Positions 51,801 to 64,000 of a DNA stretch of 64,000 nt are shown piece after piece. The notes under the pieces are model-generated. The model ran no database searches, was not told the DNA's origin, and saw only the letters and a program-made list of their open reading frames with translations. How positions within the stretch are numbered: position 1 is the stretch's first letter; each line of letters opens with the position of its first letter. A program made the translations under genes and the position numbers. This DNA comes from Sphagnum compactum (Eukaryota): positions 22,248,213-22,312,212 of the forward strand of contig OZ234493.1 in NCBI GenBank assembly GCA_965153455.1, in the 5' to 3' direction.

Positions 51801-54800
51801 GGGATCCGGAGTTGAACTCTTAACTCTTTGGATTGAAGAAGTGTTGACCAAACTTTGAAGCAAGTTGTTTCAAAAAAGTTCAAAATTTTCATAATTCTCA
51901 AGAAAAACAAAAATATATTATTAATGTTTTAGAATGGTTTTAACAAGTGTTTTTTTTTTTTTTTTTTGGTTTTGTTTTGAGGCGTTGCTTGTAGGCTTAT
52001 GAAGGGAGAGGCAAAATAAAAATATGTACACCAAAATTCATATGCATTTGACTTTTCTTTAATGCCATTTTTGTGATTTAGGGGTTTGCATGTGGTTAAG
52101 ATTACATGAAAACTTCAATTTTTGGTTTTTAAGAAAAAAATGTGACGTGCTAAAAATTGAATGTTTAGAAGCAATCCAAGATGAACAATGGCTTTGTGAA
52201 GTGGCATCAAAGGGAATGCTTTCTTTCGATTACGAGACAATTTAGAATTTCACAAAGTTAGGTGTGCTCCTTGATTTTACATGATTAGGACACATGAGTA
52301 GGGGCTTTGAAATGACTAGGATGAATTAACATCTTTAATGAACAACTTTCATTTACTTAAAATGTGCAAAATAATAAAAAATAACAACAAATGTAATTGA
52401 AGCCAAAATTAGTAGCTTCATGGATTTGTCACAACCTAAACTTCTTGAAGGGGACAATATTCCTCACGATAGTTTTGGAAATTCTCAATGGGGATTACAT
52501 TGAAATCACAAATTTCTTGAGATTCCCACAATCTTTTAAAAATTGAAACACAACATTATTGTGTTGTCTTTTTGGTATTGAACCTAATTCTTAGGGTATC
52601 CAATTAAATGACCATGTGATGTCATTTTCTTATAACATGTTCCAAAACTTTCCAATGCCATGCCAAACTTTTTAATCATACATGTTCACCACTCCAACTT
52701 GTATTTTAAGGGAGGAAGACACATTGGATAACTCATTTTGAACTCTTTTTGAAGAGATTTTACTTTTCAAAACCTATTATGAACATTTGATATTCTTACA
52801 AAGTTTCAAGTGAGAATTATTCATGGTTGGATTTTTCAAATCACATTTTTCTTGGCTTTTGCCTATTTTAGAGGTACATTTAACCTAATTGCTTATCAAA
52901 CTTTTATTTAGTTTTAACTTTGGAAAAACATTTGCCATTTGGAGAGTCAAGTGCAAGCCCATCTAAGGTCATGACAAAAATGATATCTATGGATTATGCA
53001 TATTACATTATTCAATGAATTATGTGAGGATAAATCACAACTTGAAGGCTATCCTTCATACATCATTCATCTACACTTGTCATAATTCACAACCATTCAA
53101 AATTCACTATTGGATATTTTAATAGGTTTTTTCATAAAAAGAATAGTTTCCTTTTCACTTTTATAAGGTGAATGCAACTATTGCAACATTGGATAAACAA
53201 CTATTTGCATGGTGTACATATTTATGTCAGGGTTTTCATTCCTATCTTCACTCTTTAAATAAAATTCAATTATGATTGTATGATTAATCCACCTAGAAAC
53301 CACAATTCAAAATTTTCATTTTGCAATGATGACCTTTTATAATATGTCAAGAATAACCTTTTATGACATTAGGTCAATAAAATGTGCAAGAATGAGAGTG
53401 CAATTACCATCTACCACCCCAAAGCTTTGCAAAGCTTTGCAAAGCTTTATATATTTGTATAATTACATTTATGACAATTGTTTTTTCAAGTCTAGATAGT
53501 AGTTAATGTGGCTACACAAGCAAATCCTTAATTAACATAACTATCTAAATATTTGTGTGACATGGAATTGACATGGCCATTAATTTCTACTGAAGGGTGG
53601 ATGGGTGCAAACACAATATTGGGACCCAACCCCACCTCTTTGGTGTTTTGATTAAAAAGTAATGGGTTCATTAATCAAGATGATGTGCTGAAATTAGATT
53701 TGTTATTTAGGGAGAATATTTTGAAATTCATTATTTATAAGATGAAATAAAAAAATATTATGAGCCAAAAAAATGTCACATTATATTATTATGTACAGGT
53801 GTATATAAAATGAACTACCCCAAAAAAATTGAAAAAAATTAAACAATGAAAACATTAATTAGATAAAAATTTATAATGTTTTTGAGTACTTTAAATTCAT
53901 TAATTTTTTTCAAAATTTTAAAAATATTTCCATAATACATTTAAAACATTATCATAAAATTACATTAAAAATTTTCAATGTTAACTTCATTTATTACTGT
54001 AAAACATGAACAAGTAAACAATTGTTACACCTTTTGTGGGTTTTAATATCATGTTTAGACTCAACTATGATGGAAAATTGTCATTTACAACTATTTGTAG
54101 AGTGGTTACAACAATAACCAATGTAATTGAAAACATTTAAACATGTGCATTACTGCCAAGAAACTAAATTTCACTACATAAGTTTCATAATGTTTGTTTT
54201 TTTCCTTAGTTTTTTTTGCCAACCTTTTACACCCATCTACCTAGTGCATTATCTACTTTTTTACCCATTTACTTAATGCTTTGGGTGAAAGCATGATAAA
54301 GTACATAATAACCCCACAAATAGTCATAGTCAAACTTATGACATAAACATGAAAAAACTTATTGAAAACCTTTTTAACTTTCACTTATGAGACAATGGTG
54401 TGTTCCATCGAGTTTATGGTAAGCTACACATAAAACGAGACTAATTTTAATATAAGAAAGATGGATGAAAAGTATGTTCTAAATTGGCCAGTTTTCAATA
54501 AAAGATTTTCAACATACTTTTATATGAAAACTTTGATAAATTATGAATATAATATGAAACTTAAAATACATTGATACATATTACATAGTATCTTTTCAGG
54601 TTCAACACAAATTATATTATTTTCACTTTGCCAAAAATTTTAGAAAACAAATTACTAAATGTTGAAAATTTAATCAAGGTAACCAAATTTGAATCCACAA
54701 CCAGTTCAACGAAGTAATGAAGCCTTTCGTCAATCTAATAAAAAACATAGCAAGAAACTGATGAAAACATTAACAACATTATTGAATTTAGTCCTTATAT

Positions 54801-57800
54801 GCCGAAATTTTCAAAATTAGAAACTCAAGTGCCGAATCAAAATTTTCAAATTATATTAATTATTTGGCACATTAATGTTGAGCCTAAAAAGGTACTATGG
54901 TAGTGCTTTATCCATTTGAAAGTATAAAAAATCCAATTACAATTCTATTTTCATTCTACTTTCATATATTTGAAACAAAAGTGGGACACATATTTGCATT
55001 TCTAAAAATGTATTTAAATGGATATTAAAACATGCAATTTTTCAATATTATGCAATGAAGTCAAAATCTTCCTTTTATTGAACATTAAAATAAATAATAT
55101 GCATAAGTCCAGTATATTAACGTTTAATTTATAGATATTTTTCAAAAAAACATAAAGTATCCATCATCGACATACTTTATTGTGCTTTTGCCATTAAACA
55201 TGATAATACAAAATCAAAACAACACAAAACAACCCATAACCCACTTGAAAGTCCATTGTTAATCATAATTAGTCACTAAAAACAATGAATAATGACATTG
55301 TATGGTGATGTCGGGTGCCCAAAGATTTGTCACAATAACATATCACAAACTAGTTATAGACAATCTTCATATGTAACATTCAACTTGATCTTTGGTTTCA
55401 TCCTAAATTTGATGTTTCAACCAAGTCACAATTACATGATTGCCAAGATTTCAAGCAAGGCCCAAAGAAGAGGAAAATGAAAAGTGACTAGGAGAGGTGG
55501 GGTTGGTGGGCTTTTTGACCTACGTAGTGATTGTGTTGATTGAATAGGCATTTGATTGTAGCCTACATTCTTTCTACATAAGGATTTGACTTGAAGTGTT
55601 CAAATTTCTATGCAAAAAAAATCTTCAACATGACCTACACACATATTTTGGTTTCTTGAAGTGCTTTAAAATTTTACTACAATATAGTTGTTGTGACATG
55701 CTTCATGGCCATTATCATTAAAACCATATTTTCTACCAAAAAATAGTCAAGATTTTGACAAATTGTTACATATATGATAATCAAGAAAATGGAAATCATT
55801 TTGTAGCTTGCATAAGCAATTTACAAAAGAATTCAAGAAATTTACTCAAATAAATGTTCGTAAATGTGAGGAAGACATATTGATAGTTCTATTCTTGCAA
55901 AGTATTCACCAATTTATTGAAAGAAAGGAAACACAAGCTAACAATACATTGATCAAGTTAAGAATATGCAATCTTACATTAGATATTTTCAAGAGGAGAA
56001 AAAGTTAAAAGAAAAAGTTAAAAATAACAAAATTATAAGTTACAAATCCATTTTGTAGAATGTTGGAGAGCACATAACATCACTAAGAAAGTTACTTTCA
56101 TAAACTATAGTTCAAATTTAGAAAAAGATGAATGAAAGTTAAACACTTGCAAAAGACCTCCACCACTAGCATATTACATAGCTTGAATGTTTCATGAAAC
56201 ATTTCAGCATTGAAACCATTTGTCATCTACCACTATGTGTGCAAAGTGTGTTGTAGATTGAAATATACATGGTGAATTAAATCCCACATCTTTTCCAATG
56301 CACTTGCAACATGTTTGATGGATGCTATAATGTCTTTAAAGATTGTTAAGGGTTTTGAACAAAAAAAGTAGTCTTAATTGAAATTATTGAAAGGTTGCAT
56401 AACACTTTGTCACCTTTTGGGTGAACTAAAATTCTTAGAAAAATATGATTCATTGAATTGACAATAGAAATTTGTTCAAGAGAAAAAAAAACACGCACAC
56501 ATAAGCTTGAATTTGTTTGTCATCAAGCATTCAGCAAAGATCCCTCTCTCATTATTTTTCTATATGTGTCAAATGCTACAAATTTGAGTAGATTCATTAG
56601 AAATTTGTGGCAATCATAGGTTATTACTATTGTTCACAAGATTTTGTAACAATTATGAAAGCAAATATGTTAAAATAACCAAAAAAAAGAATTAAATAAA
56701 AAGAATGACATAATGTCTTTTTCAAGCACCATAGCTAGCTTGTTAAAGCTTAAACTTGGCTTGACTCTTCCTATGACAAACTTTACAAATGTAAGAAAAA
56801 GGAGGATATGAAGAGAAGAATGTATAATAATAAAGAGAATGTCCTTGTCAAAGTCATATTTTGCAACAATGAAACCATTCATGACATTGTTGTTGTTGTA
56901 GTCCTTCCCATTCACATGTGTGAACACTTAAATTAATATGGTCCATCTTTGTCGTTGGCACATTGCATAAGTAAACAACAAAGATGTTTGAAGATTAAAA
57001 AATAATATGTTGTGAGCTTGTTGTCCTCATTTGGTGCTATTATACAAGGGGAGTGTTGAAGGAGCGAGAAAGATGGAGTTATGCATTACAAGCCACGCAC
57101 ATGCATCAACTATTTGTTTCCTTCCTTATACATTGATAAGGTAAAAGTTCAAAATTTTAAGTCACAAAGGCACTTGCAAATCCCAATTTCTAGAAGAAAA
57201 TTTCACCATGTTCATCATCTTTTCAAACTAGGCATAAAAAATCCAATGTAATTTCAATGTATAAAAGATGTATAAATTCCTTATATAAAACATAGAATCC
57301 ATCATGTTGTTGCATACCTACCCCTAGAATACAAATGTGAAGAGCAACCCTAAACTTGAAAATGTAGAACTTAGATTTTGGAAGTTTCAAAATTCACGTC
57401 TTGATTTATCTCAAGCTTCACACATTTAGATGATAGATTTGGTGGAAATGAACTTGAGAACATTCAAGGAACTAGATGGGAACACATTAGAAACATATGT
57501 ATGGGTGTATATTGGCACCATTGATATCTTGCAAGTTATTGGTGAATTGTTATTTTTAAATTTGTTTTAAAGAGTCCAAATTCAAACCATAACAATTAGT
57601 TCTAGAAATCAAGGTCCATATTTGAAAACTTTTTATTGTTTCTCTTTTTCATATAAAGTTTGAGAGCTTTACATCTTTTTTTTGGGGGGATGGGGGGGAG
57701 TGTTTTTGGAGAAAATTTTGTGGTGTGATGAACAAAAAAAAATCTAGCACAAAGTGTATACAAGGAAAATTCACCATATTTTGAAGGAAAAAAATTCAAT

Positions 57801-60414
57801 ATAACAATATTTAGATAATGAATTCTTAAATAAGATTCTAAAAATTTTCTAGTTCTAGCCGAATTTGCTTCATTCCTCTTGCAAATGATCATTAGTCTAA
57901 CTACATGACAAAATTTAAAAGAAAAATCCTATTTTCATCTGTCACCACCCAATTGGGAAAATAAAGTGATCACTTGCAAAAACACCATGTCTCTAAGGTT
58001 TTTAAAACCTTTGGATTTGATGGTTTTTTGACATTGAAATACTTAGAAAATACTAGAAGCTTTGATTTTTTAACATTGCATTTATCTTTTAAAAAACAAA
58101 ACCCAAAAATGGAGATTTTATGATTTTAAGGTGTTGAATAATTAGGAACTAGCGGTTAATAAGGCGTGCTCACCTTGACATGTGCATGCTTGTTGGACTA
58201 CCAAAACCCAAAATCAATTGGGGACCCATGAATGATCTTTAGAATAAACAAGGACCACATCATTCAAGTCTTTGTGGGCCACATCACACAACTTTGAAGA
58301 CCATATGTAGCAAAAAAAAAAGAGAGGTTATGTACGTATGAATGAAGTTGTGTATTTTGAATCAAAATTGGAAACTACCAAATAATGAGTACACATAGCA
58401 TGAGTGAAGTTTATTTTCTTCACAACAATATTAGCAAATATTAATTATGGTATTATCTACACCTATTTGCATAAATGATTCTATTCATAAAAATTGACAT
58501 CATTTAATCTTTGTAAGAAACCTAAATATACATGTTGATGTTGTAGGTTTGGTGGATTAAATCATTTTGGAACTCTCTTTCTGAGCAATTATATTTCATT
58601 TGGCATCAATCGACAACATTTCTTTCATAAACCACAATTCCCCAATAATTACATTCAGAAAATTTTGACAAGAAATATTTCCTTTCCCACTATAATCATC
58701 ATATGAATTCCACTTTTGTCCAAGGTGAAGAATCGGAGAAATAACCTTTTTTGAAGTTCCTGACAAATGAATTTCATTTCCCATGGCACATTTTAAACTT
58801 TCGTTTCCCAACTTTCAACATTCCTCAACCTATATAATTGATGCGTTCTTTATACAAGCTCATTCAACTCCCTTTTGACCTTCATCATATCCACCAACCC
58901 TAGTAATTCAGGTTTTTTATTCATGCTTTGATGCTAAACCTAATTACACTTTTGATTTTAGCATGTATTGGAAGAAGAATAAGTTAGAAATCATTTAATT
59001 AGAACACATTGACTATGGGGTGCAACGACACTAATAAGAGCCTCAACAAGTGTAATGTTGTTTAATTTTTCACAATTAGAAGTGCTAATTTAATTTGATG
59101 TTGAAAGTATAAGATTTTTTTATTGAATAATATTTGTAATATATCATTGGAACATGCGAATTAATTTGAAAAAAATCTAATGAATAAAAAGCTCTCAAAA
59201 ACATTCTTTAAACATTGTAACATTTGTTTTCTACCACTAAAATGACTTATAAATAGACTTCAGAACTTTTGAAAATCATATATATTTTGAAATTTTTTAC
59301 ATAAATATTGATGTAATAACATACAAAACCTTAAAATCTATTCTAAAAAATATTATTTCAAAAGCAGTCCCAAAAGCAATTATGTGTGATTCATGTTATC
59401 CCATTTGCACCTTATGGGCATTTTTCCCAAACAATTTAACCAACATGGAAAACCAATCGTCTTAACCCAAACTGTCAACACTACATCAACTTGCCAAAAT
59501 CACAAAAAAACACATAAAAAAAAGACCAGATCCTTATCACTTAGCTCAATTGGCTATTTATCCTTCCCATCACATGCCCAAATTGTGCAAGTTTCCATCA
59601 GCATAATCCACTGAGTCTGCCATTGTCAAAAGTTATCGATAGCTCCACAAGAAAAACCAACACATCCACCATCTTCACATAACTCACGTCTTCTTCGAAG
59701 CATCACACATTCACCATGACCAATAACTTGCACCACACAATTGATCCCATACCCATATACCAAAAGCCAAAAGAACTCCACAAGAGATGAGTGTAACAAA
59801 AAGAACAAGAAATGTTAAAACAATCTAGTCCCAAGTGGGTAGTCATAGAACAAATCAACCATAACAACATAATCATGCAATGGACGTATTTTATGAAGAT
59901 CTACACTTCAAATGCTACCTGAATTACATGAAGCTATGGGTCTTTGAGGATTAAGCCACTTTGATTTCACTCTCATAAGCCAATTGGTTCTTTTTATGGC
60001 AGTTCCAACATATGATAGAATTCAATTGTTGACATGGTCATGATGACCCCCATGATACATCAATGAAAAACCCAAACTATATAAAAATACTAAACCTACA
60101 CTATCCTAATACCCGGTGTGATACCCTGCGGGGGCTTGCTGCCCGTTTCTAATACCCGGCCCACTCTGGTCGGGACCACAGGCGCTGGGGGTCGTCGGTC
60201 TTCGAGGACCGCAGCACTCGGGTCTTCAAGAGTGCACAGTTCTTCAGCGCTTTTCGCGTTTTCTCAAGCGCGAGCAGGAGGAGGAGGAGGAGGAAGAGGA
60301 GGAGGTAGCAGCAGGGGAGCGACCAGATTCGCCTTTGGATCCTCCTGCAGTTGTGTTTTGTGGCCATCTCCTAGCGATCTTTCTGTGGAGTGGATTTGCG
60401 GAAGCAAGCCAGAT

Positions 60415-63400
60415 ATGATGTGGGGAGTAGTGGGACGGCAGGCGGGTGAAGTCGGCCGTTTGATTTTCAAGGTAATCCATTGCTCTCTCTGTCTCTTCCT
60501 CCTCCAAAAAAATATTCCGTTTGGTTTGCTTTTCCAAAATTTTCAGCATTCTTGGATTGGGTTTTCGTTTCACCCCTTGTTCCACGCATACATGTCGCGA
60601 TCGATCCATGCCTCTGGTCCTCGGGGAAGGATCACCTGCTGGGTATTTCGCCCCCGTAGATCTCGATTTCTCGTTTCCACAAAAAGCTGTGGGTTTCTCT
60701 GAGATTGGGTTGGGGGTTTCCATGCTCGTCTTTCTTCTTCTAGGTCTGAGTGTCCGATAGTTCGGTGAAGAATTCCAGAGGATTTTGTCGCGAAACATTT
60801 TAGGTTTTTCTGTGGGCTTGCCAGAGAATCAGTAGTTCTTCTGCCCCATTCAATTTTTTCTGTTGTCGGGACTGCGAGCTTGAACCCTGATGTTTTGTGA
60901 TCTAGACAGCTTCGTTCCTCTGCAGATTTAGTAGGAATTCCTGTTCCAGTTCACATGCATCCGTGCACATGCATCCGTGCATTCTTTCTGTCGTGATTGA
61001 AGCAACTTATTCGGATCCAGATTTAAATTCTGATAACGTTCTTTAGTCCTAAGAAGTTAGCCAGTCACCATTGGGATCTTTTTTTTTCAGGTTTTTTTGT
61101 TTTGGAAGTTTGAGCCACACTCTCTAGACCTAGAATAATAGCCAGTAAGTCTCTATGAGGCAAACCAAACCTTTCTCAAAAGGGTCCTTTTTTCTGGGTT
61201 AGATTTTTCTCCTGAATCTTACAGCCAGTAAGTCTTTTGGTATGCAATTCTCTGACCTTTTCTCCCTAGCTGAAGAATTTCTGATCAGGTTCATGGAGTT
61301 TAGATCTTCAAACCAAGAGTGACATTGCAGGAGAGGACTTATCAAGCTCTCATGCTGTCCTTCTTTGATGATGGAGTTTTTGACAAAAAAGAGCCAAGAG
61401 AACAGACAAGATGTTTTGGCTCAGTACTGACTTTTGAGTGTGATGTTTTTCTTCAGAGATGCAGCAATGATAATGCAGCTGCTATGGCTTGGGTAGCAGC
61501 CTCCAAGAGGTTCATGTCCACCACTGAGGTGGGTCTCTTGTGTTTGATCTTAGGTCTAAACCCAAAAACATATGCTCTCTCAGTTTCAGAACACAGTGGT
61601 GCACTCAAAGCATACGTCCAGGGTGCAGGAGGCCGTACCCATCTCTATGTAGGGTATCTCTATGCTGTAGGATCAGATACTTGCTTTGAAAGGGATGAGC
61701 TAAAATGTAATGAAAGTTTACCTTCACAAGCTTGTTGCAGCTTGAATGAGGATACCATTGGAGCTTGTGAGCAACTTAGCAGTGGCAAGCTGCCCATGAC
61801 TGTCATGGGGCAGCTCGTTGCTGCTAAGTTGCTCACAAAGTTATGAGGCACTCATTATTATCTTACCTTCAAAGTGTTTTTCTGTAGATGTCACTGCAAT
61901 CTTGTAGATATGCATTAGTTGAACACAGTCTCAAGGAGCTGACAGCTTCAACTTATTGAGAAGTGGGTCTTCAAGGAAACAGGAGGAAACTACAATTAGG
62001 GTTGCAGAACAGGAGGACTATTGATGCATGAAATCATGCTGCAAAGTTTTTGGCAGTGTGGCATGAGCTGAGAAGGTAGGGTTATATGTGTGGAGCACAG
62101 ATGACTGTTAGGGACGCTCTCAATTCAGCAATTGATGAAGAAATGTCAGCTGACTCCAAAGTTTTTGTGATTGGTGAGGAGGTATGGAGTTTGCCTAAAC
62201 TTTCTGTTCTCGGATGGAAAATAAAACACCTGCAATGCTGAAAGTGCTGAAGTGCTAAGATGGAAACAGTGGTTATCAAAGGCTAGTCTTGTAAAATTTG
62301 TGCTTCAAACATGAAAATGTGCGGGAATGAATCTGATGGTCCAAACTGATGAAAGGAGTGCAATTGGATCAGATAAAGGACAATATGGCATCCTGTGTTT
62401 GTTAATTTCGATTTTCCAAAATACAAGGAGCTCAATCTAATTGAGGGCTATGGAGATCATCAATAGTTCTCTGTTGTTATCTTGGGACACCAAGTCTTAA
62501 CTGGTGAGTTTGTGGTATTTTGACAGGTTGGTGAATATCAAGGTGCTTATAAGGTACTTGTCTACTTGTGTGCTAGTTGCACTATGAGGGTCTTTGACTG
62601 CATCCTCAGTATCTGGCACACTGCAATTTGTTCTCCCTGTATGAGCACCGTGTTGTTCCTTGCTTACAAGGGGAAATGTCTCCATTGGACTTGTACAGAT
62701 TGCCATGTCATGACTGGCAATTTGGTGAGGATCTCTGTATATGAGTAAGCATGATAGGGACTCTGTCACACTATTCTCTAGTTTTATATGATTGCAGGTG
62801 ACAAAGGGGCTTCTGCAGAAGTTTGGGCCTGACCGTGTGCTGGACACTCCAATTACAGAGGTTAGTGGTATTGAACATATGCAGGCAGAACATTCCAGTT
62901 TATTGTTGTTGGGCCTCTAAGATTCTTGCTATATTTGTAAATGTTGCCTGTGTTGTTTGCACTTTACTCAGATTGTATCTTTTCCAAAGCCACATCATCT
63001 GAAAAGCTTATTTCAACATGATTTGTAGTGCAGCATGGAAATGTTCTGTCCCTACACCAACAAATCAAGATTTTAATCACTGTCTTCCTAATGCTAGATG
63101 TGTCAGATTTTCCTAAGTTCACTTTCTGATTTATGTCTCGGGTTTGAGGAATGATCAGGCTGGGTTCACAGGTCTTGGAGTTGGAGCAGCATTTCAGGGA
63201 CTGAAGCCCATAGTAGAGTTTATGACATTCAATTTTGCTATGCAGGTGTCTCATTGCCTTCTCTGGCCTTCTCTGTATCTCTCACTCACTGGCTTTGACT
63301 GTTCTTCCATGAATTTGTCCATCCCTCCATAACTGTCTGGGTTTTATGCTTGCATTTACTCCTTTCCTTTCCTTGATTCACCTAGTTTCTTCTTTCTCAT

Positions 63401-63943
63401 AATCAGGACCACTCTCGTTGCTTTGTGGGTGGATTTGACAGGCCATTGACCATATTATCAATTCTGCTGCAAAGACAAACTACATGTCAGGAGGCACAAT
63501 CAATGTTCCCGTAGTCTTCCGAGGTCCTAATGGAGCAGCTGCAGGTGTTGCTGCTCAGCATTCCCAGGTATGTTTTTGTCCCCACTGTGTTACACTCGTA
63601 GCTCTTGCTCCATGTAATTTTTTACTCAGGGAACACAAGGATATTGGCTAGCAAGTTTGGCCATTAGCCTTCAGTGAGCTAATTTTCCTTTGCTACCCTT
63701 TGTCTGTTACCCCATGGTTGTTCGGGAAATGGAAACTAGACATGTTAGAAATGATGCACAGATCAATTGGCACAGAGTCCAGATTCTGATGGAACGCTTG
63801 TTCTGGCAGTGCTTTGCAGCATGGTATGGACAGGTTCCAGGACTGAAAGTGCTAGTGCCCTACAATGCAGAGGATGCACGTGGGCTTCTGAAGGCTGCTA
63901 TCCGTGACCCAGACCCTGTTGTCTTCCTGGAAAATGAGCTAAT
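60415..63943 (+). CDS. PDHB: Pyruvate dehydrogenase E1 beta subunit, mitochondrial (partial; the 3' end lies beyond the window)
   Basis: Exons 60415-60471, 61457-61528, 62101-62181, 62527-62553, 62798-62860, 63159-63245, 63442-63567, 63810-63943. They encode [78 protein letters not shown] and [11 protein letters not shown]. The first two exons are inferred to encode the transit peptide. Confidence 0.96.
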
Positions 63944-64000
63944 GTATGCCACTTCTACTCTCCTTCAATTTGAAAATGTTTTCAGAATATTGCTAGAGCA

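Noticed and set aside
55290..60060. Possible transposase or pseudogene fragments in the AT-rich block
   Set aside because: Some stretches look like decayed coding DNA, but I could not assign any motif with confidence. A translated homology search would be needed.
60118..60798. 194-aa (+) and 184-aa (-) ORFs
   Set aside because: GC-rich PDHB leader, first exon and intron 1. Only 60415-60471 is supported as coding.

Overview
Eukaryotic plant genomic DNA. It is most likely a moss such as Sphagnum; this is inferred from intron-rich genes, AT-rich intergenic DNA and repeat style, not from a search. Six spliced protein-coding genes were rebuilt by hand from splice sites: a 21-exon plasma-membrane H+-ATPase (+, 4033-12062), an RPAP3/TPR co-chaperone (+, 14449-19362), a CDKF-type CDK-activating kinase (-, 24425-20149), a four-helix membrane protein (+, 45144-45969), a CASP-like protein (-, 48843-47292) and mitochondrial pyruvate dehydrogenase E1-beta (+, from 60415, running off the window). 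Gene-poor AT-rich blocks (1-3.1 kb, 25-43 kb, 49-60 kb) contain CACTA, hAT-like and Copia remnants and minisatellites. The main observations are: (1) a tandemly duplicated, still intact first coding exon of the H+-ATPase; (2) a roughly 700-aa insertion in the CDKF activation segment that contains a degenerate second copy of the subdomain VIII motif; (3) a complete non-autonomous CACTA element with TIRs and TSD, carrying a nested 140-bp near-perfect CACTA palindrome; (4) a CAG-TAG tandem acceptor in RPAP3 that could toggle a stop codon. I found no CRISPR array or prokaryote-type system, and I cannot claim a new multi-gene system.
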